NCBI GenBank assembly: GCA_038087875.1
Contig: CM075988.1
Location: forward strand, 22,446,001 to 22,510,000
Length of the DNA: 64,000 bases
Direction of reading: 5' to 3'
Origin: Malacoraja senta
Taxonomy: Eukaryota
The position numbers were made by a program, and so were the translations under genes. The notes under the pieces were generated by a model. The model was not told the DNA's origin. It searched no databases and was given only the letters and a program-made list of their open reading frames with translations. Below, one piece after another: positions 39,768-53,666 of this stretch. Numbering within the stretch: position 1 is the stretch's first letter; each line of letters opens with the position of its first letter.

Positions 39768-40584
39768 CAGTGATTGCATCAAAAAGTAATGAAGTTAGCT
39801 GGACTTGATTTACCTTTAACAAATCTAGGCTGATTTTCTCTAATCAATCCAATTCTTTTCTAACTGACTGCTAATGCTGTTCCTGATTATGGGCTCTGCA
39901 ATACTAGAAACCCAAGGGGAAACTATATGGAACAAGCTGCCAGAGGAAGAGATTCAGGTGGATATAATAACTCGAAGGCAGACATTTGGACAGGTACATG
40001 GATGGGAATGGCGTAGAGGGATATGGGCCAAATGCAGGCAATTGGGGCGCGTGTCAATGGGCATCTTGGCTAGCATGGACTAGTTGGGCCGAATGGCCTG
40101 TTTCTGTGCTGAACGGCTCTATCAGCACATATTTCAGAATGTTCAGGACATTCCCACGAGATTAAAAAAAAAAACAGTTCAATAAGCCGAGGTCAAACGC
40201 CCATTGTTTCCCCAAACTCTACAGAAAATAATCATAAAACTGCAGTGAATCCTGATGGAGTCAATGTCTGGTGATGTCTGGATTTATCAGAGGAGCTCAA
40301 GCAGGGGCAGGAATAGGCAGAGCAAGAAAACAACCACAGCCAAAGGTATTACAGTGAAGTTATAAACACAATCATGTCCTGCTTTGCAGCCTCCAGCACC
40401 TAGCTGTAGTTAAACAGCTGCACATGTGGAACCGCCATTGTATTTGTTTGCCATTCCTTTTTGATCCCAACATGATTAATGTCAAGAGGAGAGGAATGCA
40501 ATAAGACCACAAATGGTGATGCTGAGACTACACACGCCATCCCAGATGGCCAGGCTGCACGCTCAAATATTCAACAGGGAGCTA

Positions 40585-41298
40585 GAGAGAAGACAGAGGA
40601 GAGAGAGAGGGAGAGAGAGGGGGTAAAGAGAGTGAGAGGAGAGAGAGGGGGTATATATAGAGAGGGGGACAGAGGAGAGAGAAAGGGAGAGAGAGGGGGT
40701 AAAGAGAGAGAGGGGGGTATAGAGAGGAGAGCGGGTAAAGAGAGAGAGAGGGGTATAGAGAGAGAGAGGGGTATAGAGAGAGAGAGGGGGGGTAAAGAGA
40801 GAGTGAGAGAGAGAGAGGGGGTAAAGAGAGAGAGCGAGAGGGGGTATAGAGAGGAGAGAGAGGGGGTAAAGAGAGAGAGCGAGAGGGGGTATAGAGGAGA
40901 GAGAGGGGGTAAAGAGAGTGAGAGGAGAGAGAGGGGGTATATATAGAGAGGGGGACAGAGGAGAGAGAAAAGGAGAGAGAGGGGGTAAAGAGAGAGAGGA
41001 GAGGGGGTATATATAGAGAGGGGGACAGAGGAGAGAGAAAGGGAGAGAGAGGGGTAAAGAGAGAGAGGGGGGTATAGTGAGGAGAGAGAGCGGGTAAAGA
41101 GAGAGAGAGAGGGGTATAGAGAGAGAGAGGGGTGGGTAAAGAGAGAGTGAGAGAGAGAGGGGGTAAAGAGAGAGAGCGAGAGGAGGTATAGAGAGGAGAG
41201 AGAGGGGGTAAAGAGAGAGAGAGGGTAAAGAGAGAGTGAAGTGAGCCAGAGAAGCGAGAGGGAGAGAAAGAAGCGAGAGAGAGAGAGAGAGAGAAAAG

Positions 41299-41338
<40 letters not shown>

Positions 41339-41349
41339 TGAGAGAGAGA

Positions 41350-41380
<31 letters not shown>

Positions 41381-41470
41381 AGCGAGAGAGAGAAGCGAGA
41401 GTCAGAAAAGAAAGGATGAGGTGGTGGTGGGGGGACGAGGGGGGGGGGGGGGGTGGGGAGGAGAGCGAGA
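40585..41470. repeat. Polypurine (GA-rich) complex micro/minisatellite
   Basis: About 890 bp of almost pure A/G on the + strand, with recurring GGGGTAAAGAGAGAG and GGGGTATAGAGAG units. Confidence 0.95.
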
Positions 41471-41828
41471 GACTTTCTATTGATGGATAGAAAGCATTTC
41501 CCACCAGCAAAACTTCTTACAAAAAAAATCTCAAATACTAACGCGAGTTATTCAAAATATTCCCACATCAAAATCCACGGTCTGTTTTATGGGATTTTAA
41601 AAATCTTTCTATATAATTTTAAGTGCCAAGTTGGAGATGGCCCAAACTGGACATGGTGAAGTGACGTTTATGCTGAAAAACAGCAACGCAGACAGCCCCA
41701 TGTGGTGAAGCACATGTAGATTTTGACTGTGTGCTGCCTGCCCTGTGCATGAGTGATGCTGCAAACAGAATGTGGCAATTTATTGAAGTGTTTGAATCAA
41801 CCAAGTTAAATATTAATGATCTCCTCAT

Positions 41829-42014
41829 TTTAGTTTAGATATACGGTGCGGAAACAGGCCCACCGAGTCCGCACCAGCACTAATTATCCCACACACTGGA
41901 GCACCCGGAGGAAACCCACGTGGTCACGGGGAGAACGTACAAACTCCGTAGAAATAGCACCCGAGGTCAGGATCGAACCCGGGTCTCTGAGGCAGCAACT
42001 CTACCGCTGCCACC
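41829..42014 (-). mobile_element. V-SINE/HE1-like SINE, internally deleted
   Basis: Same head and tail as the other copies, shortened middle. Confidence 0.7.
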
Positions 42015-42400
42015 TTGGAGTGATGATTTAAAGTGGAGCAAGGGCGAACCAGATCGCTTCTGTGCTCTTCTGGTTACTTGCGGAGGGTCAGAAATCCTTT
42101 GTTGACTTCCTTGCTCATCCACCGACCATGAACAGCACTTTCAAGATGGAAATTAATGCAACAATTATGGATGAAATGCAAGTTGCAATCCTTGTATCTC
42201 ATATTTCCAACGTTTATATTGAGGCCACATATTCTGATGAAAACTCATCCGCCTGAAACTTTGTCTCTGTTTTCTCTGCCTCCACAGTAAAAAGGGCTCC
42301 TGAAGAAGGCAACTAAAAATCACCACAGACCCACACCACTCTCAGCTCTCATCTCAGTGCTACCATCAGGAAGAAGGTACAGGAGCCCGAGTACTGTGAC

Positions 42401-42749
42401 CATTGGCGGAAAACCCAGGGGGGGGGCAGGGGGGATGTGTCCCCTCCATGTTTTCAGAGGTGGGGGACGGTCCCCCTCACGTTACAAGCTTTAAATCTGT
42501 GGTACAGATCTGCAGTAATTGACTCATTCTAACGGTAACGGCCCCGTAGTAGAAGCATTCACGTCGCGGGGCTGGAAACTGGAAGAATCCCGAGCTAATT
42601 ACCATTCACAGGGCGCACGGCTGAAGCTTCCGATCCCTCGCGTGTGTGTGTGTGTGTGTGAGTGTGCGCATGCGCGAGCGGCTGCCATGAAATTGTGTCC
42701 CCCCTGTCCCCCGGTCCCCTCCATGTTTTGACAGTGGTTTCCGTCTCTG
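42401..42749. mobile_element. Second hAT-type non-autonomous DNA transposon, inserted in a Rex1-type 3' fragment
   Basis: CA...TG ends, imperfect TIR cattggcggaaa / tttccgtctctg, 8-bp TSD ACTGTGAC (42393-42400, 42750-42757). Confidence 0.75.
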
Positions 42750-44972
42750 ACTGTGACCAGCAGGCTCAAGCTGCTTGAACCACACTGCATGTACAAGCAC
42801 CTCTAAAAAATTGAACCTTATTTAGTATATCGGTGACATATGTTTATTAAAGGTGAATGTGTATTCAAGGTGGATACCGGCACCTTCTTATCTACAAGAA
42901 AAGAATGGCCTCCACCTCACTTGTGCAGATGACAATAAACTTGACTTAAAATCACTGGGGCTGTGAGGCAGCTCTCCCGGCTGTGCCATTGTGCAGTGAA
43001 ATCCAATCAAATAGATAATACAATGCATAAATACAATCAAGTCAAACTCAAAGTTGAATAGGTAGAGCAAAGGGGATGATACAGGGTGCAGAATGCAGTG
43101 CACCCCGCAGAGAGAGGCGAGTCTGTGGAATTCTCTGCCTCAGAGGGCAGTGGAGGCCGGTTCTCTGATCAAGAGAGAGCTTGATAGGGCTCTTAAAAAT
43201 AGCGGAGTCAGGGGATATGGGGAGAAGGCAGGAACGGGGTACTGATTGGGGATGATCAGTCATGATCACATTGAATGGCGGTGCTGGCTCGAAGGGCCGA
43301 ATGGCCTACTCCTGCACCTATTGTCTATTGCACTAGTTCCACAGACAAAGTCCAATATCCGCAATGGGGTGGAGATGAATCAGACAGTGCCCAAGCTTAT
43401 GGAAGGACCATCCAGCAACCGATAGCAGAGGGGAAGATGCTGTTCCCGAGTTTGGTGGTGAATGGTTTTTAGCTTCTGCATCTTCTGCCCGACAGGAACG
43501 GAGTGGGGGAGGGGGGTAATGACCAGGGTGAGACAAGCCTTTGAATATAGAGAAACAAAGTACTTCAGATGTGTAGGAAGGAACTCCAGATGCTGGTCTA
43601 AATCAAAGATAGATACAAGGGGGAGGAACTCAGCGGGTCAGACAGCATCTCTGGAGAAAAGGAATAGGAGACCCTTCTTCAGAATTTCAGATGCTGATAT
43701 ACTAAAAAAACAAAACACAAAGTGCTGGAGTAAATCAGCAGGACAGACAGCATCTCTGAAGAACATGGTGAGAACATTCAGACTGAATAAGGGTACAACC
43801 CAAAATGTCACCCTTCATGTTCTCCAGAGATGCTGCCCGACCTGCTGAGTTACTCCATCTTTGATTATCTGGGTTCAACTCCAATACTGCGTGTATCCGA
43901 CCTGACACAGGATAGGGTCAAACTAGGGCCATGCTGGTTCATGTGGCCACCTCCCTAGGTTTGGGGATTGCAGTTTCAAAGGCCGAAATAAAATGACCCC
44001 AAAGGGGCGGGGGGGTGTAGATTAGTGTCACTCATACTGTTGGTCCGCCCACAGGCTTTTAGAGAGCTCTCTCTCTCTCTAACAGTCTAGCTAAATGCAT
44101 GCTGGAGATGAAAGCACCTTGAGTTTCCTCCACAGAGTTGCTAATAAAAGACTATGGATTCTAATCACTGTGTGTGAGTCTGATCATTTCTTACAGGAGG
44201 GCAGATTCACACTCTCAACTCCAGCTCTCGTTATTGAGTAGAAACAGCAGCGACCACACTGCTGCCAGAACATGCTCTCATCTGGTTGCGAAACTAAGTT
44301 TTCAAATTTCAAAGGCTGACTGCAATGCAAATCGCAGCTAATAAACCAGATTTTTAAAAACATTTTTTAAATGGGTTGACATATGGAAGTGGAATTCATG
44401 CTGGCATGCCAATTGAATTTTTTTTATTTATACCGTGTTAAATAAAAAATATCCTGAACAATCCAGACATTGACCTTTTCAGAAACAGTTGAAATGAAGA
44501 TTGCATCTGGTTTTCCATCCCATTTCACCCACTGTTAATTAAAGTTCTGAATGATTGCCAGTTCGGTTGGGTTTCCAACTCTGCGAGATGGATGCTCATG
44601 TGATAGTAAGCAGGCAGTGGCATTGAAACCTTCAATAAATCTTCAGACGAACACTCCAAAAACCTTTACCTAATTAGGCCTTTGGGTGAACTTTAAAGGA
44701 TATAATCAAGTCCTGGTGGAATGAGATGGAGGTGTAAATGCACTCGGGTTTACGAAGACGGCGCTGCTTTTGCTATTAAACGGGGCAAATCCTGGTGCTC
44801 ACCATTAAACGTCGGGTAACCTATCACCAATTTTTTCCCAAGTGATCGCTTAACTTCTTGCTCAGCCGGTAATAAACCCACTCAGATAGTTGGAAACGCA
44901 AGATGGTGGTTTACCAAATAAAAAAACACAGAGTACTCAATAGGAACCCGAGGAGCAAGCTTATCACACTAA

Positions 44973-45395
44973 TGGGCCTGTCCCACTTAGGCTATTTTAG
45001 GCGACTGCCGGCGACTGTCATAGTCGTAGCAGGTCGCCGAAAAACTGGCGACTGGACCCCCCCTTCGACATAAAATTTGAAATAGAATCATTACTTTGAC
45101 AACCACAAAAAACGAAGTCAGCACCGGCGACAACCTACGTCACCTGGCTACAACTACGACAGTACCTACGTCAGGTGAAGTCAAGCTACGCTCATTGGCA
45201 TCAAACCCACTGTCGCTGACTGTCTTGAAAATTTTCCAACATGTTGAAAATCCAGCAGCGACCAGAAAGATGCTACGACTCTTTGGGCGACTGAGGAGAC
45301 AACTCACGACCATACAGGCGACACCCCGGTGACCATGTGGCGACAGCCTAGTCGCCTGTAGTCGCCTAAAAAATAGTTTAAGTGGGACAGGCCCA
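44973..45395. mobile_element. PIF/Harbinger-like MITE
   Basis: TIR tgggcctgtcccactta / taagtgggacaggccca; 3-bp TSD TAA (44970-44972, 45396-45398). Confidence 0.85.
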
Positions 45396-46080
45396 TAAGG
45401 GTGATGGTATATGGAAGGAGCTTTAAAAGACATTCACAACATTTAAAAGACATTTGGACAGGTACTTGGAGAGGAGGGTTTAGAAGGATATGGGCCAAAT
45501 ACAGGCAGGTGGGACTTGTGTAGATGGGGCATCTAGTTTGGCACGGCCAAATTGGGCCGACAGGCCTGTCTCCACGCTGTATGACTACATAGAATGAAAG
45601 GGAGAAGGGTTTGATGTTCTGTTCTTTGTTGCAATGTATCAGCTGAATTGACATTTAGGGAGTGGAAGAGATAGATCTAATATTAATATTTAGGCTTGGT
45701 CGCACACAATCTTTATCTCTGGTAATTACTGCACCCTGTCACACTGAATAAATATTAAAAAGAACATACATCACCAAATCTGATTTTCATGTTGATGCAA
45801 TCAAAAGAAATCTCACCAACATCTCTCCTTCCTCCGAATGGTTCAGGAAACTTGGCATGATGCCAAGTACCCTTCAGGCCTTCCGCAGGTGTCAGTGGGG
45901 AGTACACTGACCGGTTACATCATGGCCTGGTTTGGTCATGAACGAAGGAGGCTGCAGGAAGTGGCGGACATTGTCCAGTCCACTATTGTCCAGGTGAGCT
46001 CAGAGACGTTTTGCTCCCTGCTCTCCATCTGCCGTCCTGCCTTGAGGACTGAGAAAGCCGAACTGGAGGGAATGCAGTGT

Positions 46081-46517
46081 GGGGCGGCACGGTGGTAGAG
46101 TTGCTGCTTGAGGCCGTCAGAGACCCGGGTTTGATCCTGACCACAAGGTGCTGTCTGTACGGAGTTTGTACGTCGTCCCTGTGACCAGCGTGGGTTTTCT
46201 ACGGGAGCTCCAGCTCCCTCCCACACACCAAAGATGTACAGGTTCATAGGATAGACAAAAATGCTGGAGAAACTGAGCGGGTGCAGCAGCATCTATGGAG
46301 CGAAGGAAATAGGCAACGTTTCGGCCCAAAACCCTTCTTCAGACCTTTCTTCATAGGATAATTGGCGTGATAAAATTGTAAATTGTACCTTGTGTGTGGG
46401 TGTGTAGGATAGTGCTAGTGTACAGGGTGATCGCTGGTCGTCACGGACTCGGTGGGTCAAAGGGCCTGTCTCCGCGCTGCATCACTAAACTAAAATAAAC
46501 CAGGCTAAACTAAACTA
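46081..46517 (+). mobile_element. V-SINE/HE1-like SINE interrupted by a Penelope-derived repeat (46254-46349)
   Basis: Full head and tail; the insert is flanked by the 11-bp TSD TTCATAGGATA. Confidence 0.85.
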
Positions 46518-47642
46518 TAGAACAGAGGTTTGACAGACCTGACTGCAGTGGTGAACACATCATTACATATTTCATCGGCTGCTCATGTAATTTTTTACTC
46601 ACACAGTTCATCTCCCTGAAGCCACTGTGTTTTGGTGCTGGTCTTGCCAAGAGCTACCAAGAGACATCCTGGAAAGGAGGGATATTTCTAGTTCTCAATT
46701 TGCTTTTTCGAGCTGCATCTACAAGAACACTTTCCCGCCATTTACGTTTAACTGGAGGAAGTGCACAAATCATCCTGTATACTTGCTTCCTATATTACTT
46801 CATATTCATAGAAACATAGAAAATAGGTGCAGGAGTAGGCCATTCGGCCCTTCGAGCCAGCACCACCATCCAATATGATCATGGATGATCATCCAGAATC
46901 AGTACTCCGACAGCTACATTCAACTCTCTCTTGAATACATCCAGTGAATTAGCCTCCACTGCCTTCTGTGGCAGAGAATTCCACAGATTCACAACTCACT
47001 GACTGAAAAAAAAAATCCTTATCGCAGTCCTAAATGGCCTATCCCTTATTCATAAGTGATAGGAGCAGAATTAGGCCATTTGGCCCATCGAATCTACTAT
47101 TCAATCGTGGCTGATCTATCTTTCCTTCTCGACCCCATTCTCCTGCCTTCTCCTCATAACCTTTGACACCCGTACTAATCAAGAATCTGTCAATCTCTGC
47201 CTTAAAAATACCCAATGACTTGGCCTCCACAGGCCTTCCAGCGAATTCCAGAGATTCACCACCCTCTGATTAAGGAAATTCCTCCTCGTCTTTCTAAAGG
47301 TACGTCCTTTTATTCTGAGCCAACGCCTTCTAGTCCTAGACTCTCCCACTAGTGGAAACATCCTCTCCCCATCCATTGTATCCAGGTATTTCACTATTTG
47401 TTAAGTTTCAATGAGCATCCCCCTCATCCTTCTACTTTATGGAAAGCGGGCTGAAGACATTGTCTAGTAAATTAAGTATTAGAGACACAAGAGATTGTTG
47501 ATACCAGAACTTGAGAAAAAAAAAACATAATATGAAATATGAGCACATTTTCCAATTAGGTTATAAAACACAAGGTTCAGTGATGTTGAAAGCCAGACAA
47601 TGATTATCCCCGATTGTTTTAAGTGTAACTGTGCACACTTAC

Positions 47643-47743
47643 GATGCTTCTCATCATCTTGTCGCCACTGCTGAAGGTGACTGCCAGCATGGAAGCACAT
47701 TCCTCTGCATAGAACGGCATGTGGCCTTCTTCATCCACGGCCC
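47643..47743 (-). CDS. PCSK7: PCSK7 internal coding exon (101 bp)
   Basis: tctctccccag|GG GCC GTG...AGC ATC|gtaagt. Translates (G)[33 protein letters not shown], in frame with the previous exon. This reading is not given in the ORF track. Confidence 0.96.
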
Positions 47744-48774
47744 CTGGGGAGAGACAGAACAGATTAAAGCTGAAAGCACCTCAGAAAATAGCACGCAACC
47801 AAACATTCACTCTGCCGGTTTGGCAGCAGGAATTAAACCAGGGCGCGCTGGCCTTTCAAGGAGCCATGAACAAACATAGGTGGAAATACAAGGAACAGCA
47901 GGTGCTGGAATCTTGAGCAAAGTATAAAGTGCTGGAGTAATTCCGCTGGTCTGTGGAGGGAATGGAGAGGTGACATTTCAGATCAGGACCATTCTTCAGA
48001 CGGGTCATAGTGGGGGGGGGGGGGAAGAGTGCTGGAAAAGGGAGGTGTTTTGTACCAAAATCTACCTGTAGTAACTAAGAGCATGTAATCCACTATTTAT
48101 TAATTTCATATAAAAACCATACTAGAAAAGCAATATAACTATTGACAACATGGTTGCCTTCAGGTTAACAGTGATGGTTTATTTTAATCTCGTCCAGTGC
48201 TACATCTTCTGGGCACATTGCAGTAGCCCCACCACACAAGCTCTGGACTTCTAGACACCCCTTTGGAGTGCCTTCAGGACTCGAGGCTCTGCAAATCCCT
48301 CCGACACCACTCTTCCCTTCAATAACATGCACACCAAAACGCACATCTTTGACCAAGCGGTTGGTCATCTTAGTTAGCTACTTTAGTTTAATGTCACGTG
48401 TACCAAGGTGCAGTTTTGCTGCTTGCTCTCCAGTCAGCAGAAAGGCAAATACATGATTGATTACCATCTAGCCGTGCGCCTTCCCTCGTCTCTCTTGGTT
48501 TCAAAATCATTTTTTGCCTGAACACGACCCTGTGAATCACTGAGATTCAGACGTTCAGTATAAATGAACACTGTTATTTCAGATATCTAATTTCTAAACA
48601 TTTGTTTTCTTTCCCTTTCAAAAAAACAATAAATCGGGTGGAAAACCCAACTTCCTCTTGACGAAACCCAAACAGACTAAAAGAGGAGACAAGTGAAGCC
48701 ACCAAGATTTTCTTCACACTAACTGCTTGCTCTTCGTTGCTGGAATTGCATTCTCAATCAATTATTGCAGAGCA

Positions 48775-49085
48775 GTTTAGATTTTAGACTTTAGAGGTGC
48801 AGCCCTTTGGAAACAGGCCCTTTGGCCCATCGAGCTCATGCCGACCAGCGATAGCCCTGTAAATGTGCACAATCCTACACACAAGGGACAATTTACAGAA
48901 GCCAATTAACCTACAAATCCTGTATGTCTTTGGAGTGTGGGAGAAAACCGGAGCACCCAGAGAAAACCCACGCAGTCAAAGGGAGAACGTACAAACTCCG
49001 TACAGACAGCACCCGTAGTCAGGATCGATCCTGGGTCTCTGGCGCTGTGAGGCAGCAAATCCACCACTGCGCCACTGAGTCGCCG
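48775..49085 (-). mobile_element. V-SINE/HE1-like SINE
   Basis: Homologous to 1-301. Confidence 0.8.
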
Positions 49086-52000
49086 TCGGGCGCCAGAGAT
49101 TTATGATACAAGCAGTTAAATCTAACCATTCCTATTGCCATTGTTCATTCTCGTTGAAATATGTACTTGGATATTCAAGGATAAAGTTGAGAAGTTAATT
49201 ATATTTTCAGTCACATGGTGTACTATATTCAACAGAAGCCAACATTCCAAAGTAAAATTTCTAGGAGGTGGATTAAAAGGTCACCTACTCTGAAATGTAA
49301 AAGCTGCAAGAAAATACACTGTTATGTGCTATTCACAATAAAGGCCGATGTTTATATAGCACTTCTCTCATTCCGATCAGAAGCCTCAATGTGCTTTACA
49401 ATCAATTACACACTTTTGGAAGTTTTGAGCAAGCACTAAAGATAATATCCACATTCTCCAATCATGGGCAATATATCAAATTGTTCAGTCTTTAGACTTT
49501 AGAGATACGGCACAGAAACAGGCCCTTCGGCCCACCAAGTCTGCACCGACCATCGAGCACCCCATACACCAGTACTATCCTACACACACTCGGGACAATT
49601 TACAGAAGCCAATTAACCTGCACGTCTTTGGAGCATGGGAGGAAACCAGAGCACCCAAAGACTGTTCTGGCCGTCCCATTACAGGATGGATGTGCAGGTT
49701 TTAGAAAGAGTGCAGGAGAGGTTTACCGGAATGCTGCCTGGATTGGATGGTAGAGGCTATAAAGGAACAGTTGGCCAGAAGTGGATTGATTTTCTGGATT
49801 ATCGGAAACCGAGGGGCAATCTGACAGAATAATTAAATTATGAGAGGCACACATATGGCAGGCAGTTATAATCATTTTCCCAGAGTGGAAGTGTCCACTT
49901 CTAGAGGGCAGAGGTTAATGTCAGAAGGGGAAAGATTAAAGGAAATGTGCAGGGCAGGTTTTTCTTTACGCACAGAGAGATGTCTGCATCGCGCTGCTGG
50001 GGCGGTGGTGGAAGCAGACACGATAATGGCATTTAAGAGGCTTTGATAGAGGCACATGAATAGGCAGGGATGTCCCTCACAAGTGGGCAGAGGAGATTAG
50101 TTTAACTTGGCATCACGCTCAGCAACTAAACTGTGGGATAAGACCTAGTTCCTGCACTGTTCTGTGTTCTGGTGGACGCGGGCCTGAACATCGAGAGTAT
50201 GGAGGAATTGTAAACCACAAGGGAATGTCACAGCTCTGATTGTTACAGGGTCATGGGAATGTCAAGCAATGCACACATTTGGAGCAAGGTTTGCCAAAGG
50301 TGGGCAAAATAAAGTCTTTTATTTCTCCCGTTCATGAAAATAAGTTAATAAATTCTAGGAACGGAACTAAACAGGCCATTTAGTCCATCAAGTCTACTCT
50401 GCCATTCAATCAAGGTTGATCTACCTTTCCCTTCTCATCCCCATTCTCCAGCCTTCTCATAACCCCCGACACCCTTACTAATCAAGAATCCGTTAATCTC
50501 CTCCATAAAAAATATCCATTGACTTGGACTCCACAGCAGTTTGTGGCAATGAATTCCACAGATTCACAACTCTCTGACTGAAGAAATTCCTCCTCATCTC
50601 CACTCTGAAGGTAGGCAGACAAAATGCTGGAGAAACTAAGCGGGTGAGGCAGCATCTATGGAGCGAAGGAATAGGTGAAGTTTCGGGTCGAGACCCTTCT
50701 TCAGACTGAAGAAGGGTCTAAAGGTACGTCCTTTTATTCTGAGGCTATGGCCTCTGGGCCTAGATTCTCTCACTAAAGGAAACATCCTCACAACATTCAA
50801 TCTACTGAGGCCTTTCACTGTAAACATGTGGAGAGTCTACTTGAGGCTGTTTACTTAGAACAAAAGGTGGATTGGTCTCTAGTCCACGTTCCAAGGCTGC
50901 AATGTGCAGATCTCACTCGATTGCTATTGTAAAACTTTTTCCCTTTGTGATAAGACATGTACAAGTGATAACTATGACACATGTAATACCTATAAGAATA
51001 GAAACTGCTCAGCAAGTGAAGAAATCAAATGGAAAGCCAAATTATTGGCAAGATGGCACCGGAGTGTGGTAACTCTTTATGTGCTTATCCCAGAAGAGGA
51101 TCTACTAGGAGCAGAAGTTGGCCATTCGGCCCATTGAGCCTTCTCCACCATTCAATCATGGCTGACAAAAATGCTGGAGAAACTCAGAGGGTGAGGCAGC
51201 ATCTATGGAGCGAAGGAATAGGTGACATTTCAGGTCTCGCCTCACCCGCTGAGTTTCTCCAGCATTTTTGTCTACCTTCGATTTTTCCAGCATCTGCAGT
51301 TCTTTCTGAAACATTCAATCATGGCTGATTAATTGTTCCCTCTCAACCCCATCCTCCTCCCTTCCCACCATAACCCCCGACAACCGAATCAAGAATCTGT
51401 CAATCTCCGCCTTAAAAATACCCAACGACGGCCTCCACATCCGTCTGTGGCAATGAATTCCACAAATTCACCACCCTCAGGGGAAAGAAATTCCTCCTCA
51501 TCACCTTTCTAATGGTGCGTCCTTTAATTCTGGGGCTGTACGCTCTGCTCCTAGACTCTCCCACGAGTGGAAACATCCATTACCATCATCCATTACAATT
51601 GTCCCCCTCTTAAATCTACCTGTGCGTGAATCGATTGTACCTATTTACAGTAGGGTTTGACTGGATAGTACACAACGTTTTTTACTGCATCTTGGTACAC
51701 ATGACAATTATAAGCCAACACTAATGTCAGGATAGGGCGAGAAGGTTCCCTTCTTGGGACGTAAGGCACAAGCAATAGTCAAGTCAAGTCAAGTTTATTC
51801 GTCACATACACATACGAGATGTGCAGTGAAATGAAAAGTGGCAATGCTCGCGGATTGTGCAAAAAAAACTACAAAGAGAATGGAACAGAATCACATATTA
51901 CATATTTGTGGGAGGGAAGAAAAAGGAAAAAAAACAGCAATTTTAAAAAGACACCACACAACAGTAACTTGGTTCAGTAAAGTTAATCCCTGGTGAGATA

Positions 52001-52922
52001 GGAGTTTACAGTCCTAATGGCCTCTGGGAAGAAACTCCTTCTCATCCTCTCCGTTTTCACAGCATGGCAACGGAGGCGTTTGCCTAACCGTAGCAGCTGG
52101 AACAAGTCCGTTGCTTATTACAGTGGATTATTTCTGGTCACTGAGAGGGTTAATGACTTTAAACATGGGTATCCTTTGCAAACTATCCACTGAAATAAAA
52201 TAACTCAGCATTCAGCTTCTTCTAATCATTTCATTTGTGGATTAAAACTGCCATCCTCGTACCGCTGTAAAAAGACCAGCGGGCCGCGGAAAACAAAGAT
52301 CTTAACCCGAAACATCACCTGTTCCTTTTCTCCAGAGATGCTGCCTGTCCTGCTGAGTAACTATAGCATTTCGTGTCTGTCTTCGGTGTAAATCAGCATC
52401 GGCAGTCCTTCCTACACATTCCGTCTGCTCCACTGCAAAATCTCCTCAAGGCATGTCGAAGTTCTCCTCCTCTCTCCGACAAGAGTTCCACAACACCCTC
52501 TCTCGCTGCCCCCCCTCTGTGACGCATCCATATCTTGTTTCCCTCTACCCCGACTCTCAGTCTGAAGAAGGGCCTCGACCCGAAACGTCACCCATTCCTT
52601 CTCTCCAGAGATGCTGCCTGACCCACTGAGTTACTCCAGCGTTTCGCGTCTATCTTCGGAACAAAGACCGACCTGGCCGCCTCAACGAAGAGAGACCCGA
52701 TGAGCTGCCGGCGTCCACAGGCAATAGACAATAGACAATAGGTGCAGGAGTAGGCCATTCGGCCCTTCGAGCCAGCACCACCATTCAGTGTGATCATGGC
52801 TGATCATCCCCAATCAGTACCCCGTACCTGCCTTCTCCCCATATCCCCTGACTCCGGTATTTTTAAGCCCTATCTAGCTCTCTCTTGAAAGCATCCAGAG
52901 AACCTGCCTCCACCGCCCTCTG

Positions 52923-53040
52923 AGGCAGAGAATTCCACAGACAGGCAGAGAATTCCACAGACAGGCAGAGAATTCCACAGACAGGCAGGGAATTCCACAG
53001 ACAGGCAGGGAATTCCACAGACAGGCAGGGAATTCCACAG
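52923..53040. repeat. Six tandem 20-mers at the 5' truncation point of a CR1 fragment
   Basis: (AGGCAGRGAATTCCACAGAC) x6; three A-type then three G-type units. Confidence 0.95.
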
Positions 53041-53235
53041 GCCTGGTTCGCTGCCAAGCGATTGAAAGAACCATTAGGCCTGGAATAAATACACAAATAT
53101 CCTGGGCACTCACATTGCCCAAACCATCAGAATGTCATTGGCAGAGACCGCTATGAATACTCCAGTAAATGCTTTCCCGCTATTTGCATTTACCATGTGA
53201 GTGACCGCCACATGGATCCTTGAATGGCAACTTAC

Positions 53236-53374
53236 CAATGGTGACGGTATAGATGGAGTTGGCGTAACCATCATAGTTGCAGTTGTCCTCGTACTGCCCT
53301 CCATTCCCACTGGCCACCACAAAGATACTTCCAAAGCCACGACGGCCAGCCATGACGCCGTGCTGTAACGCAGC
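53236..53374 (-). CDS. PCSK7: PCSK7 internal coding exon (139 bp) containing the oxyanion-hole Asn (SGNGG)
   Basis: gtgcag|GCT GCG...ACC ATT G|gtaagt. Translates [46 protein letters not shown](G). Confidence 0.97.
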
Positions 53375-53666
53375 CTGCACAGGGCACACAAGGAGTTAAA
53401 AATCAATCATCGCCAATAGAAAGATGCTCGCAGATTAGTGATGTCCTCTGCAAGGGTCATAAACACTCATAGGGATTGCCAATCCATTCTGTCAATGGTT
53501 TAGAGTGGAGGAGGGAACTTCAGGAAGAAAGACACAAAATGCTGCAGTAACTCAGCGGGTCAGGCAGCATCTCTGGAGAAAAGGAATAGATGACGTTTCA
53601 GGTCGGGTTACAGAACTGTCTTGACCTGAAATGTCAGCTATTCCTTCTCTCCAGAGATGCTGCCTG

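Noticed and set aside
40479..41510. Long ORFs (up to 315 aa) rich in E/R/G or S/L/P
   Set aside because: Artefacts of the GA-rich repeat, which lacks stop codons in some frames.
43892..44195. Possible solo LTR (TGT...ACA with AATAAA near the 3' end)
   Set aside because: No target-site duplication and no second copy in the window; cannot be supported without a search.
52923..53040. Regular direct repeats resembling a CRISPR array
   Set aside because: No spacers, vertebrate context, and the unit is CR1 sequence.
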